Shown here: in pieces, positions 9,886-20,313 of the stretch
Numbering within the stretch: the first letter of the stretch is position 1
Layout: each line of letters opens with the position of its first letter
From: Candidatus Latescibacterota bacterium
Lineage (GTDB): Bacteria; Latescibacterota; UBA2968; UBA8231
DNA length: 64,000 bases
Assembly (NCBI GenBank): GCA_965248265.1
Contig: CBDFJF010000002.1
Span: 2,624,001-2,688,000, forward strand
Direction of reading: 5' to 3'
Notes under the pieces: generated by a model
Told to the model about the DNA's origin: nothing
Database searches by the model: none
Seen by the model: the letters and a program-made list of their open reading frames with translations, nothing else
Made by a program: the position numbers and the translations under genes

Positions 9886-11226
9886 TTAGTTGGCGGTGTG
9901 TTGGAAGTCGGCGTAGGCCGGCTGACCGTGCTCGCTCACATCCAGACCTTCGTCCTCCTCCTGCTCGCTGACACGGAATCCGAGTGTCATTTTGACGAGG
10001 CTGGCAAGAGTGAGTGAGGCAATGAAGGCGAAGGCGGCGTAGCAAAGAGTGCCGGTGAGCTGCGTGCCAAAGGTGTGCGCGGAATTCGTGCTGAAAATTC
10101 CAACAGCAACGGTACCCCAGATGCCGCAGATGCCGTGCACGGATATGGCGCCGACCGGGTCATCAATGCGAATGCGGTCGATGATGACGATGGCGAAAAC
10201 GACGATCACGCCCGCGATGAGCCCGATGAAGATGGATCCAACCCAGGTAACCGTGTCCGCACCGGCAGTGATGCCGACGAGTCCGGCCAGGATGCCGTTG
10301 AGGGCCATGCTGATGTCCGGCTTCTTGAGATAGGCCATCGATGTGAAGATCGAGGCCAGGGCACCCGCGGCCGCCGCCAGAGAAGTGGTCACGAACACGA
10401 GTGAAACCAAGCCTGGATCCGCGCTCAGTACCGAACCGCCGTTGAAGCCGAACCAACCCAACCAGAGCAGGAACACGCCGATAGTAGCCAGCGGCATGCT
10501 GTGGCCGAGAATCGGGCGAACTTCACCTGATTCAGAGTACTTGCCGCGGCGAGCGCCCAGAACCAGGACCGCTCCAAGGGCTGCAAATCCACCGAAGGCA
10601 TGGACGAGAGAGGAACCGGCGAAATCGTAGAAGCCCATCTGGTCGAGCCAACCGCCGCCCCACTTCCAGGAGCCGGCGATGGGGTAGAGAAAGGCAACCA
10701 GAATGGTCGCATACAGCATGAAGCCGGTGAGTTTAACACGCTCGGCGACTGCACCGGAGACGATGGTAGCTGCGGTAGCGGCGAACATGGCCTGGAAGAT
10801 GAAGTCGGACCAGTAGGTGTAATCGGCGTAGTTGGAGGTCAGATTGGCGACGTCGCCCTCGAATCCGATGGCTCCCTTAATGGCGAGAAAGCCGTTGAAG
10901 TCACCGGGGTACATCGTATTGAAACCGGTGAGGGCGTAGGTGATGATGCCGACGGAAATGACGAAGATATTCTTGAAGAGGATATTGACCGTGTTCTTTT
11001 GACGCGTCAGGCCACTCTCCAATGTGGCAAAGCCAAGGTGCATGACGAAAACGAGGGCGGCGGCAATCAATAACCAGAGGTTATCCACCATGAATTTCGG
11101 GTAGACCAGAGGCATGCTCTGAAATCCCTCCATAGTGGTTATGCCATCCGCCAGGACCTGGGAGGCCCCGCCGAGCACTACGGCCGCTGCGGCCAGTAAT
11201 GCGGTGAGTTTTGGTCGTACGGTCAT
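9886..11226 (-). CDS. amtB: ammonium transporter
   Basis: FQAMFAATAATIVSGAVAER, DFAGSSLVH, LWLGWFGFNGGS, NGILAGLVGITA, DDPVGAISVHG. Start at ATG 11226 (signal-like N-terminus) preferred over 11295. Confidence 0.96.
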   Translation of the reverse strand: MTVRPKLTALLAAAAVVLGGASQVLADGITTMEGFQSMPLVYPKFMVDNLWLLIAAALVFVMHLGFATLESGLTRQKNTVNILFKNIFVISVGIITYALTGFNTMYPGDFNGFLAIKGAIGFEGDVANLTSNYADYTYWSDFIFQAMFAATAATIVSGAVAERVKLTGFMLYATILVAFLYPIAGSWKWGGGWLDQMGFYDFAGSSLVHAFGGFAALGAVLVLGARRGKYSESGEVRPILGHSMPLATIGVFLLWLGWFGFNGGSVLSADPGLVSLVFVTTSLAAAAGALASIFTSMAYLKKPDISMALNGILAGLVGITAGADTVTWVGSIFIGLIAGVIVVFAIVIIDRIRIDDPVGAISVHGICGIWGTVAVGIFSTNSAHTFGTQLTGTLCYAAFAFIASLTLASLVKMTLGFRVSEQEEDEGLDVSEHGQPAYADFQHTAN

Positions 11227-11360
11227 GACTCTATCCCTTCCTCGTGGGGTTTCTCCGTGTCCGCGAACCGACTCTTTCATGATAGCTGTCATCAAAGGGG
11301 TATCAGGCTGCGGGTCAGGAGGTGACTGCTAAGTCAGCGCTAACGATTCGAACTTGATTC

Positions 11361-11376
11361 AGCAAGGGATATGCCA
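11361..11376 (-). promoter_or_regulatory. sigma54 (-24/-12) promoter for amtB-glnK
   Basis: Minus strand TGGCATATCCCTTGCT matches TGGCAC-N5-TTGCW with exact GG-N10-GC spacing; an AT-rich IHF-like tract lies upstream. Confidence 0.85.
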
Positions 11377-11456
11377 CTGGAATACTGGCCATAAAATATT
11401 CCTTAAGTGGCAGTTTTTAACATGGTTACAGAAGTACACCAGCAGTTGTTCTAAGT

Positions 11457-11666
11457 GACAAAAATGTAGTTTTCGACTATATACTAGACAAATTTGTAAT
11501 GGAATCAGAATTGCCGGATGGCTGTTGCCTGGCCAGGATCGATGTAGAGAGAACGGCTGGCCCTAACCGCAAGGCCTTGTTTGCAAGTCCAATCGTGGGA
11601 AGGGGAGCGGCTCGAATCGGGAGACCGCAAACTCGTAAATATCCAGGTTGATCACGACAAAAATGT
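11457..11666. promoter_or_regulatory. candidate enhancer-binding-protein sites upstream of amtB
   Basis: GACAAAAATGT at 11457-11467 and 11656-11666, GACAAATTTGT at 11487-11497; the same 11-mer recurs upstream of glnA. Confidence 0.55.
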
Positions 11667-11700
11667 GACTACGAGCCGCGGGATGAGCTCGTGTTGTGAA

Positions 11701-12462
11701 TCAGGATTTATCGGCTCTTACCATCCAGTCCCAGGGATAGGGCTGCCCCAGCGATTCGGGGACGTGATCGAGTTCCTCGGCCCAGGGGAATTCGACTCTA
11801 TCGATGGATGTGACGTTGAAGCCGACGCCCGACACCAACTGGCCAATCTCATCCTGCATGTAATGTTTGGTTGCAACGCCGCCGACACTGCAGATCCCTT
11901 CGACAAGCGAGTGAATCTCCTTGTCGGCTGCTCTGGACGCCGATCGTGTTGCCTTGCTTCTCTTGCCACCCTGCTCGACCCTGCACTCGATCAGCGTTTG
12001 ATAGATGCGCAGGTAGGACTCTAACGAGGGAACGACGAACACGGCGGCGCCATCGGTCTCTGTGTTTCGAAAAATTGATTTCGCAATCTGTTGCCGCTTC
12101 TTCGCGGCAGGGTGTATCAGGGCGTTGAAGCAGAAGCTGGCGCCGACCTTGAACGGTAGTTCGACCTTTTTGCAGAGATCCGATTGAATAAAATGAACGT
12201 TCTTCGACGACACTCTCTTCCTGGCCTCCGCCAGCAGTTTCCCGGCGAAGTCTACGGCAATGACCTTGTCGAAGTGGGCTGATAGCAGCGCGGTCGTGGC
12301 GCCCGCGCCACAGCCGAAATCCCCTGCTGTGTGATGAATCTCTCCAAGTTTTCTGATGCTTTCTCCCAGGTTGCCACTGGTTTCGTTGGCGGCAATGTCG
12401 AAAACTCTGGCATCAAAACGGTCTGCCAGATCATTCCAGTATGCCTTATTCATCAACCTCAC
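11701..12462 (-). CDS. class I SAM-dependent methyltransferase
   Basis: Motif I AGDFGCGAGATT; VIAVDFAGKLLAEAR; VHFIQSDL. Confidence 0.85.
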   Translation of the reverse strand: MRLMNKAYWNDLADRFDARVFDIAANETSGNLGESIRKLGEIHHTAGDFGCGAGATTALLSAHFDKVIAVDFAGKLLAEARKRVSSKNVHFIQSDLCKKVELPFKVGASFCFNALIHPAAKKRQQIAKSIFRNTETDGAAVFVVPSLESYLRIYQTLIECRVEQGGKRSKATRSASRAADKEIHSLVEGICSVGGVATKHYMQDEIGQLVSGVGFNVTSIDRVEFPWAEELDHVPESLGQPYPWDWMVRADKS

Positions 12463-12542
12463 TCCCCCTCTGACATGGTCCCGCTCAAGGCCCCATCATG
12501 ACGCCACGGTCTGACGGCTGCTGAGCCTCAGGAGAGTGGGTG

Positions 12543-14726
12543 TTACCTGATGAACAGCATCTCCTGATAGGTCGGCAGCGGCCACAAGTCATCGGCCACC
12601 ACTCCTTCGAGCGCGTCGCCATGCTCGCGCACTCCGAGCATGGCCGGAAGAATGGTGTTGCAGGCATGCTTCGCTTCCGCCATCATGGTCTTGGCGTGAC
12701 CACCATTCAAGGCAGCTTCGAGGGCGGTGACGCTCTTCTGCAGCTTCCCGATCAAGTCAGTCACTTCGTTGAGGGTCGCGGTGTCGGGTTTAGCGCCGGC
12801 GGCCTTGAGGTTGGCACTGGCAGCGGCCAGCTCGCTCTGGTAGCGCATGGCAGCCGGGTAGATGACGGTCTTGGCCATCTCCACTACCGTCCTGGCCTCA
12901 ACGCCCACGGTCATGCAGTACTGTTCCAGATAGACCTCCAGCCGACTGGCGAGCTCGCGGCGACTGAGCACTTTGTACTGGCTAAAGACGGAGATCACTT
13001 CTTTCGAAGTCAGGACCGGCAAGGCATCCACCGAAGTCTTGAGGTTGGGCAGGCCGCGCTTGGCCGCTTCGGCGTGCCAGTCTTCTGTGTAATTGTCGCC
13101 GTTGAAGATGACCCGGCCATGTTTGGTGACGATCTCTTTGAGCAGCTTTTGCACCGCGGCGTTGAGCTTTTTCGGATCGCCCTTCGTGGCTTTTTCAAGC
13201 TCAGTGGCGCAGTGGTCCAGTGACGCCGCGATGATCGTGTTCATCGCCACCAATGGGCCAGCGATTGACTGATTGGAAGCAACCGCGCGGAACTCGAAGC
13301 GGTTGCCGGTAAAGGCGAACGGGCTGGTGCGGTTGCGGTCGCCGGCATCCTTGGGCAGCGGGGGTAAGACATCGACGCCGACGTTGAGGGTGCCGCTCTT
13401 CTTCGAGGTTTTGGCTCCGCCCTTTCTTATCTGCTCGAAAACATCGGTAAGCTGGTCGCCCAGGAAGATGGAGATGATCGCGGGTGGAGCTTCGTTAGCT
13501 CCCAGGCGGTGGTCATTGCCGGCCGAAGCGATGACGGCGCGCAGCAATGGGGCAAAGCTGTCGACGGCGCGAATGATGGCGGCGCAGAAGACGAGAAACT
13601 GGGCGTTGGCATGGGGTGTGTCGCCCGGATCCAGCAGGTTACCCTGGGTGCTGTTCCCGAGAGAAAAATTAACATGCTTACCTGAGCCGTTGACTCCGGC
13701 AAAAGGCTTTTCGTGGGTCAGGCAAGCCATGCCGTACTTTTTGGCGATTCGACCCAGCGTGATCATGACTAACTGCTGATGATCCGTGGCGATGTTGCTG
13801 GTTTCGAAGGTTGGTGCGATCTCGTACTGACCCGGGGCGACTTCGTTGTGACGGGTCTTGATCGGAATGCCCAGCTTGAATAATTCACGCTCGCATTCGA
13901 GCATACAGGCCAGCACGCGTTCGGGAATGGCGCCGAAGTAATGGTCGTCGAACTCCTGCCCCTTTGGAGGCAGGGCACCGAAGAGGGTTCGACCGGTGTT
14001 GAGCAGATCAGGCCGACTGAAAAAGAAGTTGCGGTCGACGAGGAAGTATTCCTGCTCGGGTCCGGCCGTTGAAGCGACATGACCGATATCGCTGTGGCCG
14101 AAGAGGCTCAGTATGCGTTTGGCCTGGGTGTTGAGTGCCTGCATCGAACGCAGGACGGGAGTCTTCTTGTCCAGGGCTTCGCCGGTCCACGAAATGAAGG
14201 CAGTCGGGATGCACAGGGTCGTCCCGTTGGGGTTTTCGAGAATATAGGCCGGGCTGGTCACGTCCCAGGCGGTGTAGCCACGGGCCTCGAAGGTCTGGCG
14301 GATACCGCCGGACGGAAAGCTGGACGCATCCGGTTCGCCCTGGATCAACTGATCGCCGGAGAATTCGCTCAGCGCACTGCCTGCCCGATCCGGGACCAGG
14401 AAGCTGTCGTGTTTTTCTGCCGTCGATCCGGTGAGAGGGTAAAAGACATGGGTGTAGTGCGTGGCGCCTTTCTCGATGGCCCAATCCTTCATGGCAGCGG
14501 CGACGACATCGGCGACTGAGCTGTCCAGCTTGGCCCCGTCGTCGATGGTTTTGCTAATGGATTTTACGATCTCTTTGGGCAGGCGCTGCTTCATCACCTT
14601 GACGCTGAAGACATTGGAACCGAAGAGTTCGCCCGCCGGAGTTTCCGCGAAATTCAGCGGCGGCGACATGGGACGGTAGTTGTTGACAGCTTCGATGGCG
14701 CGTAATCTGGCACTGCTTCCACTCAT
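12543..14726 (-). CDS. glnA: glutamine synthetase type III
   Basis: 727 aa; [95 protein letters not shown]. Confidence 0.97.
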   Translation of the reverse strand: MSGSSARLRAIEAVNNYRPMSPPLNFAETPAGELFGSNVFSVKVMKQRLPKEIVKSISKTIDDGAKLDSSVADVVAAAMKDWAIEKGATHYTHVFYPLTGSTAEKHDSFLVPDRAGSALSEFSGDQLIQGEPDASSFPSGGIRQTFEARGYTAWDVTSPAYILENPNGTTLCIPTAFISWTGEALDKKTPVLRSMQALNTQAKRILSLFGHSDIGHVASTAGPEQEYFLVDRNFFFSRPDLLNTGRTLFGALPPKGQEFDDHYFGAIPERVLACMLECERELFKLGIPIKTRHNEVAPGQYEIAPTFETSNIATDHQQLVMITLGRIAKKYGMACLTHEKPFAGVNGSGKHVNFSLGNSTQGNLLDPGDTPHANAQFLVFCAAIIRAVDSFAPLLRAVIASAGNDHRLGANEAPPAIISIFLGDQLTDVFEQIRKGGAKTSKKSGTLNVGVDVLPPLPKDAGDRNRTSPFAFTGNRFEFRAVASNQSIAGPLVAMNTIIAASLDHCATELEKATKGDPKKLNAAVQKLLKEIVTKHGRVIFNGDNYTEDWHAEAAKRGLPNLKTSVDALPVLTSKEVISVFSQYKVLSRRELASRLEVYLEQYCMTVGVEARTVVEMAKTVIYPAAMRYQSELAAASANLKAAGAKPDTATLNEVTDLIGKLQKSVTALEAALNGGHAKTMMAEAKHACNTILPAMLGVREHGDALEGVVADDLWPLPTYQEMLFIR

Positions 14727-14789
14727 TTTCTCTTTCTCTCCTTAAAAGACACATGCGGTCACTGGTTAGAGCATATCAAACATCGATTG

Positions 14790-14805
14790 AGCAATTCGTG
14801 ATCCA
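14790..14805 (-). promoter_or_regulatory. sigma54 (-24/-12) promoter for glnA
   Basis: Minus strand TGGATCACGAATTGCT, GG-N10-GC spacing, about 64 nt before the ATG; AT-rich IHF-like tract near 14850-14880. Confidence 0.7.
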
Positions 14806-14937
14806 CTCAATAGAAAAAGATGAAATGCCGGGATTGTTGGGAATAGTTCACGTTAACATGTTGTTTATAAACAAATTGACTATTCGCCTCGTGGACGACC
14901 GTGATGATGCAATAGTGTCAGATCCTCACAAAAAGAA

Positions 14938-15095
14938 ACATTTTTGTCGAAATAATAACGAACGCGGCCTTGCTGTGGCCAGGGCGACCAAGATAGGGCG
15001 CTCGCCCGTACCAGCAGATCGCGACACATTTAGACGTAGTGAGCCAAGGCGCGCTCATTTATGTAGCATGACGGTTCGATGTGACAATTATGTCA
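14938..15095. promoter_or_regulatory. candidate enhancer-binding-protein sites upstream of glnA
   Basis: ACATTTTTGTC at 14938-14948 (reverse complement GACAAAAATGT) and near-palindrome TGACAATTATGTCA at 15082-15095. Confidence 0.55.
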
Positions 15096-15272
15096 TTTTG
15101 TGGCCGGAACGAGGACAGAGTATAAATCAGAGTATGCCATTGACGCAATCGATGCCGCACCAGTCTGGCGTCCGGGACGGTCGCCGGGAGTTGATGACGT
15201 GGGTTACCCGGGTCTGACGATGGCAGGGAAACACTCTACAATGGTGTCTCCCTGCCCGACGAGTCGCGGGAA

Positions 15273-15956
15273 TCAGGCGAAGTGCAGTGGCTGGAAGTAG
15301 GCCGGCTGGTGGTAGCTGGGCGAATCGGATTCGATCGGCGCCCAACTTCCCCAATGCGGGTGCGAGGTCAGACCACCGCACTTGTAGAAGTTCGCCTTCC
15401 ACTCAGTGCCTGTGGACGGCGGCGGACAGTCCACGAAGTAACGGTGGAAGAGCTCGAGGGGAATGTGGTATTCGAGGCACCAGGTAGTGGGCTCGGTAAT
15501 CTCGGGCTCGATAATTTTCGGCAACGTGCTGGCAACGGTGACGATGCTGGCATCACTCTCAGCCAGCAGACCGTTTGACCGACTCCACTCGCGCTCGGCC
15601 GTGGATGAGCAACGCCGCAGCAGCATGGTGCCACCGCAGCTCAACTCGAAGTTGAAGTAGGCATCCGTCTGCCCCATGGCGTAGGGGCTGACGAAGAACT
15701 CGACGCAGCTGTCGTTACTCACGGGGTCGCCGAAATTCTCGGCCACGGCTCGAACGTAGCGGTCTTCCACCCGGAAGATGAGGGCGAGATGGCCGTCGTC
15801 GTAAAGGAGACGCGCCTGCGTGGGAGGGTGGTGGCCCGAGTCCTCCCAACGGTAGATGGCAATATCCAGCGTGTCCGCGGCTTGCCAGAGTTCCGCCTCC
15901 CAGTTCGCTGTCGGGTTGCCAAGAGCCTGCTGTGCTCTGTGAATCGTGTATTTCAT
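15273..15956 (-). CDS. carbohydrate-binding family 9-like protein
   Basis: DSCVEFFVSP, YFNFELSCGG, WKANFYKCG...HWGSWAPI...YHQPAYF. Confidence 0.8.
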   Translation of the reverse strand: MKYTIHRAQQALGNPTANWEAELWQAADTLDIAIYRWEDSGHHPPTQARLLYDDGHLALIFRVEDRYVRAVAENFGDPVSNDSCVEFFVSPYAMGQTDAYFNFELSCGGTMLLRRCSSTAEREWSRSNGLLAESDASIVTVASTLPKIIEPEITEPTTWCLEYHIPLELFHRYFVDCPPPSTGTEWKANFYKCGGLTSHPHWGSWAPIESDSPSYHQPAYFQPLHFA

Positions 15957-16494
15957 CGTCAGAAGGACACTTCGTTGAGTCGGATTTGGTGGAATCGAAG
16001 TCGGTGCACGACGGGCTTAGCCTGCATCACTATCGCAGGAGTAGCAACCTTCGGGTTTCCTGCCACGGGGGCGCTGAAGGATATGCACTCGCAAAACATC
16101 CCGAGGCGGACTATCATCATCCGACCATCGGGCCTCAAGACCAAACATATCCAGCCGGTTTGAGCCGCGCCACGTCGAGGCACCTTGCCAAGTGATGGGA
16201 AAGGGTCCCACCCGTGTGTGTTTCTCCTGCACGGCTGGTCGGGCTCGAAGTCAAGCTGGTGGGAGGATGACGGCTATACGGGTACGCTCCGGTGAATATC
16301 CATCAAGAGCCGGGGGCTCCGTTGCGAAAGGGGTTGCGAGCGCTAATGCCGGAGTCAACATCGGAGCTCATTTTTTACGAGGCCGGACATCAGTTGCCGG
16401 CAGCCTACGTGGAGGACGCGCTGGCGTGGTTCGAGAATCATCTGTGAAGGCCGAAGAAACCGGCGTTTGCTCTCGCTAAAAGGATAGGAAGCCC

Positions 16495-17373
16495 ATGAAA
16501 ATCGGAGTCAGCTCATACAGTTTCAGTCGTCTGGTCGGGGCGGGAGAGATGGAGCAACTGGCCGTCATTGCCAAGGCCAAGGAGATCGGTTTCGACGTCA
16601 TCGAGTTCTCCACCATCGCGGTGCCCAAGGGGAAGGCCCTTGCTGAATACGCTGGTGAGCTTAGAGAAGAAGCAGCCCGGGTGGGAATCGGGATCGCCAG
16701 TTACACGATCGGGGCGGATTTCTTGAAGGGATCCGACGGTGACTTACAGGCCGAAGTCGAGCGCGTCAGAGGTGAAGTCGATGTCGCCGAGATCCTTGGA
16801 TCTCCCGGAATGCGGCACGACGCCTCCGGCGGCTGGCCCGCCGACCACGCCGGTCCTAAGAGCTTCGAGGCGGCCCTTCCACGGCTGGCGGAAGGTTGTC
16901 GGGAGGTCACCGAGTACGCGGCGGCAAAGGGCATCAAGACCATGGTGGAAAACCACGGCCGTTTCTGCCAGGACAGTGTCCGGGTAGAGCAACTCGTCAC
17001 CGCTGTCGATAACGAGAATTTCGGGGTCCTCATCGACATGGGGAATTTTCTCTGCGCCGATGACGATCCGACGATGGCGGTGGGGCGGCTGATGCCCTAC
17101 GGGTTCCACTGTCATGCCAAGGACTTCCACGTAAAGCCCGGGACGGATGTGTTTCCCGGCAAGGGTTGGTTCGAGTCGCGAGGCGGCAACTATCTGCGCG
17201 GGGCGATCATCGGTCATGGCAATGTACCGATTCTCCAGTGCCTGAAGATCATGCATCGGGAGGGGTTTCAGGGGGTGCTGTCCATCGAATACGAGGGCAT
17301 CGAGGATGTGCTGATGGGTATTCAGGCCGGACACGACAATCTGCGGCGATTGGTGAGCATGGTGACGGGCTGA
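16495..17373 (+). CDS. sugar phosphate isomerase/epimerase (AP-endonuclease-2 / IolE-like TIM barrel)
   Basis: MVENHG, LIDMGNF, HCHAKD, LSIEYEG metal-binding motifs; AGGA RBS. Confidence 0.88.
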   Translation: MKIGVSSYSFSRLVGAGEMEQLAVIAKAKEIGFDVIEFSTIAVPKGKALAEYAGELREEAARVGIGIASYTIGADFLKGSDGDLQAEVERVRGEVDVAEILGSPGMRHDASGGWPADHAGPKSFEAALPRLAEGCREVTEYAAAKGIKTMVENHGRFCQDSVRVEQLVTAVDNENFGVLIDMGNFLCADDDPTMAVGRLMPYGFHCHAKDFHVKPGTDVFPGKGWFESRGGNYLRGAIIGHGNVPILQCLKIMHREGFQGVLSIEYEGIEDVLMGIQAGHDNLRRLVSMVTG

Positions 17374-17487
17374 TCTTCAACACCTCGGCCGGTTCCGCTA
17401 TTTCGGGCAGTCGACGGCACGCTACGTAGTTTAAGGCACGATACACTTTTGAACATTGTGTCCACGGCACAGTTTGAGAGAATCATC

Positions 17488-18735
17488 ATGAAAATCGCTT
17501 CCATTCGCGACTACCCACTGCAGATGACGTTCATTCCTGCGGTGGCAGACAATATGCGTCGGGCGACAACACACAATGAACGCTTAATAGTCTATCGAGT
17601 TGAACTGGACAACGGGATAGTCGGATGGGGTGAGCGCCAGGGCGAATCGGATCTATCCGAGTTCGTTGGACGCAATCCAATGGAGCTGCTCCACGGCCTG
17701 GCTCCAGAGGTCCTACGCATGGCCTGCTTCGACGCCGTGGGAAAGTCGCTGGATGTTCCGGCCCATGTCCTGATGGGCGTGCAGCGGCGGCCTCGGATTC
17801 CATTCGCTTACTGGACCATCGACCTGCCGCCGGACCTGTTCGGGCAACAGATCCGCTATGCCGCGGACCTGGGCTACAAGACCTACAAATTCAAGGTCAG
17901 ACCCTGGTGGGATGTGATCGCGCAGGCCGAGAGCGCCGCCGAGCACGCGCCGCCGGGATTCAAGATCTGGATGGATTTCAACGGTCACTTGCGGGATGCC
18001 CACCAGGCCGTTCCGATTCTGAAAAAGCTCCAGGAGTTCGAATGCATCGGCGGTATCGAATCGCCGATTCCGCAACGCGATGTGCCGGGCTACGAACGGA
18101 TTCGCTCCATCATCGACCTTCCCATTGCCCTGCACTACGGTTCGGGTTGCTGTCACGTCATTTCAGATCTCTCCTACGACAAGGGTGTGTCGGCCGAAAG
18201 GCAGATTCACGAGAACCTGTGTGACGGATTCGTATTGGGCGGTGACTCCGACACCTTTGGTGTCGACCAGGTCTGCTACGAGAACCGGAAGGTATTCTGG
18301 ATTCAGTCGATCGGGAGTTCGCTGCGTACGGCTTTTGTTGCCCACACCTCTTCCGTATGCCGGCAGACGACGCTGTCCTCGATGTCAGGTCACGCGCTCT
18401 GGGAAAAGGATGTGGTCGCTGATCCGCTAGCTCCGGTCGACGGCTACCTACCGGTGCCGTCCGGTCCTGGTTTGGGCATCGAACCGGACGAAGCCCTGCT
18501 GGAGGAACTTGGCAAACCCGAGCCGCCACGGGTTCGACGGATATCGACCGTGGTCTATCCATCCGGCGTTCGGTGGAGTTTCTCGGATGAACAGGTGCGG
18601 CATGAGGCCTTCTATTTCGGTGTGCTTCCAGGCTTTGTGCGGGGGATACATCTCGAGGTAGAGGAGGATGACGGATCAAAAGATTTCGACAAGCGTTTCA
18701 CGGAATGCGGACAGACACCCCGCGTGACGGGGTAG
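17488..18735 (+). CDS. mandelate racemase/muconate lactonizing enzyme (enolase superfamily) with C-terminal extension
   Basis: GIVGWGE, FDAVGKSLDVPAH, YKFK (KxK), MDFN, IESPI, VPSGPGLGIEPD. Confidence 0.8.
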   Translation: MKIASIRDYPLQMTFIPAVADNMRRATTHNERLIVYRVELDNGIVGWGERQGESDLSEFVGRNPMELLHGLAPEVLRMACFDAVGKSLDVPAHVLMGVQRRPRIPFAYWTIDLPPDLFGQQIRYAADLGYKTYKFKVRPWWDVIAQAESAAEHAPPGFKIWMDFNGHLRDAHQAVPILKKLQEFECIGGIESPIPQRDVPGYERIRSIIDLPIALHYGSGCCHVISDLSYDKGVSAERQIHENLCDGFVLGGDSDTFGVDQVCYENRKVFWIQSIGSSLRTAFVAHTSSVCRQTTLSSMSGHALWEKDVVADPLAPVDGYLPVPSGPGLGIEPDEALLEELGKPEPPRVRRISTVVYPSGVRWSFSDEQVRHEAFYFGVLPGFVRGIHLEVEEDDGSKDFDKRFTECGQTPRVTG

Positions 18736-18818
18736 ATGTCTAAACGATCTGGAAGAGTTGCCCGATGCGGAAGCCAGCTATGAATTCGGTGCCGTGGCGC
18801 TGTACCGAAAGCGACGAG

Positions 18819-19769
18819 TCACTCGATCTCACGTTTGAAGGACTGGTACAGATCGGCCACACCTGCTTCGTTGGCGTCGCCGTCGTGGACGACGATTCTT
18901 GCGGCTGCCTCCACTGCATCACCTCGCTTCACCCGCCTGGCCTCTAGCTGAAAGGGGTTCACCATTATGAACCCCCAGTCACTCAAGTGCCATGGGATGC
19001 TGGTGGGGGTCGGGTACGGAAACAACGCCACTCCTGCTTTGTGTCCGTGGGCGGCGTGCCCTGAGCAGTCTACCCAGTCGGCGTGCTGACCACGTATCTG
19101 GGCTGCCCCCGTCCGACCTTGAGAATCGATGAGGGTGCCGCCGTCCACAGGGATAAGCCCGTCAGCCACGCGCACGACAAAGTAGCCGTGTACCGTACCC
19201 CCAACTCGGATATCCGATTCGGTCGGCATTAGCCGGGATCGCACATCGATAATGTTGGCGACGTCGCCAGGGTAGACGTCGATGGTGCGGGTTTCCTCGG
19301 CCAGCGTGTGACCGTCGCCGGCATGATCCCAGTCCGGTGGAGCTTGCCAGTGAATAATCTGGATGAGACGCAGGTGATTTTCGGCCACCTCTGTACTTTC
19401 AACCGACTTGCTGAGGATTCTCCCTGGCGCCCGCCCTCGATAGGTTTCATCCATGTAAAAGTTGTAGTTGGCTGCGGGGTCCTGGTCTGGTCGATCATAT
19501 AGGTCGAAACGGTCGGTCCCGATGGTGATGGACTGTTGGTGGGCGTGATCGACCGGGGCCTCCGCAGTGACCGGCATTCCCGCGGGAGTGAAGACCGGAT
19601 AGATGTATGCCCGGGAGACACCCTGATTCAAGGCGATCATGGGCCTGTCTTTCCAGCGCACCTTCAACCGTCTGGAGTGAGAGGTGGTCTCGTACGGAGA
19701 GGCATCGGGATCTGACTGAACAGTGAAATACTTCATGCTAACGCTTTTTCCGTTTTGGTATGGAATCAA
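18819..19769 (-). CDS. DUF6807 / 'PmoA'-like (PF14100-type) protein, probably carbohydrate-related
   Basis: AYIYPVFTPAG...DHAHQQSI, F.VRVAD, GTLIDSQG..G...IRGQHADWVD. Start may be at the downstream MKYF. Confidence 0.65.
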   Translation of the reverse strand: MIPYQNGKSVSMKYFTVQSDPDASPYETTSHSRRLKVRWKDRPMIALNQGVSRAYIYPVFTPAGMPVTAEAPVDHAHQQSITIGTDRFDLYDRPDQDPAANYNFYMDETYRGRAPGRILSKSVESTEVAENHLRLIQIIHWQAPPDWDHAGDGHTLAEETRTIDVYPGDVANIIDVRSRLMPTESDIRVGGTVHGYFVVRVADGLIPVDGGTLIDSQGRTGAAQIRGQHADWVDCSGHAAHGHKAGVALFPYPTPTSIPWHLSDWGFIMVNPFQLEARRVKRGDAVEAAARIVVHDGDANEAGVADLYQSFKREIE

Positions 19770-19819
19770 TCAGGACGAGTTTGCCATCGCCGAGCTGAGC
19801 CTGGCGTGATGCAGATGTG

Positions 19820-20290
19820 TCACGGCAGGGTCAACGGCACGCGCAGTACCGTGTTGAATTCATCCGCCCAGCGCACGGATACCCGCGGGTGGACTCTGCC
19901 CTGGCGGCCGAAAATCGTGGCCGGTCCGTTTTCAGGCGTCACGTAGACGGCGTTGTGCCACACTCCAGGATGAATGTAGAGACCGCTCCCGGCTTTGAAA
20001 TAGAACGCCTTGAAATCGCCGGGCTTGACGTCATCACCGACGGCGGGCGCCAGATTCGCTACGAACGGGCTGTCTGAGGGATAGAAAAGCTGACCTCCGT
20101 CAGCGTGATAGTCCGAATACCAGACGTGAACGAACTTGCCTTCCTCATCGGGACTCTGACTGTGACCTGGAATCGATCCGAATGCCAGCAGGTATTGGTT
20201 CGCCTTTGTAGCCAGGGCCAAGTTTTCCCCCATCAGGTGGCCGTTTTCCCAGAACAGTCTGAACCCGCCTTCCCGTGGTGCCGCCCGTCA
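19820..20290 (-). pseudogene. ureidoglycolate lyase-like cupin, 5'-truncated or frameshifted
   Basis: YHADGGQLFYP and GLYIHPGVWH motifs. The frame continues upstream of ATG 20233 as EGGFRLFWENGHL and then shifts to GGTT at the C-run 20272-20274; the rest of the N-terminus is replaced by the TA locus. Confidence 0.55.
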
Positions 20291-20313
20291 TGGGTCTGTC
20301 AACAGGGTCGGCC

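Noticed and set aside
9857-10045. Extended 175-aa P-II protein
   Set aside because: The extension overlaps amtB; ATG 9856 gives the canonical 112 aa.
15959-16480. Several 70-125 aa ORFs in the intergenic region before the isomerase
   Set aside because: Mutually overlapping, no RBS or family motifs; no riboswitch or ncRNA that I can recognise.
18819-19769. Methane monooxygenase suggested by the 'PmoA' family name
   Set aside because: The protein is soluble with no TM helices and there are no pmoB/pmoC genes; the family label does not indicate methane oxidation.
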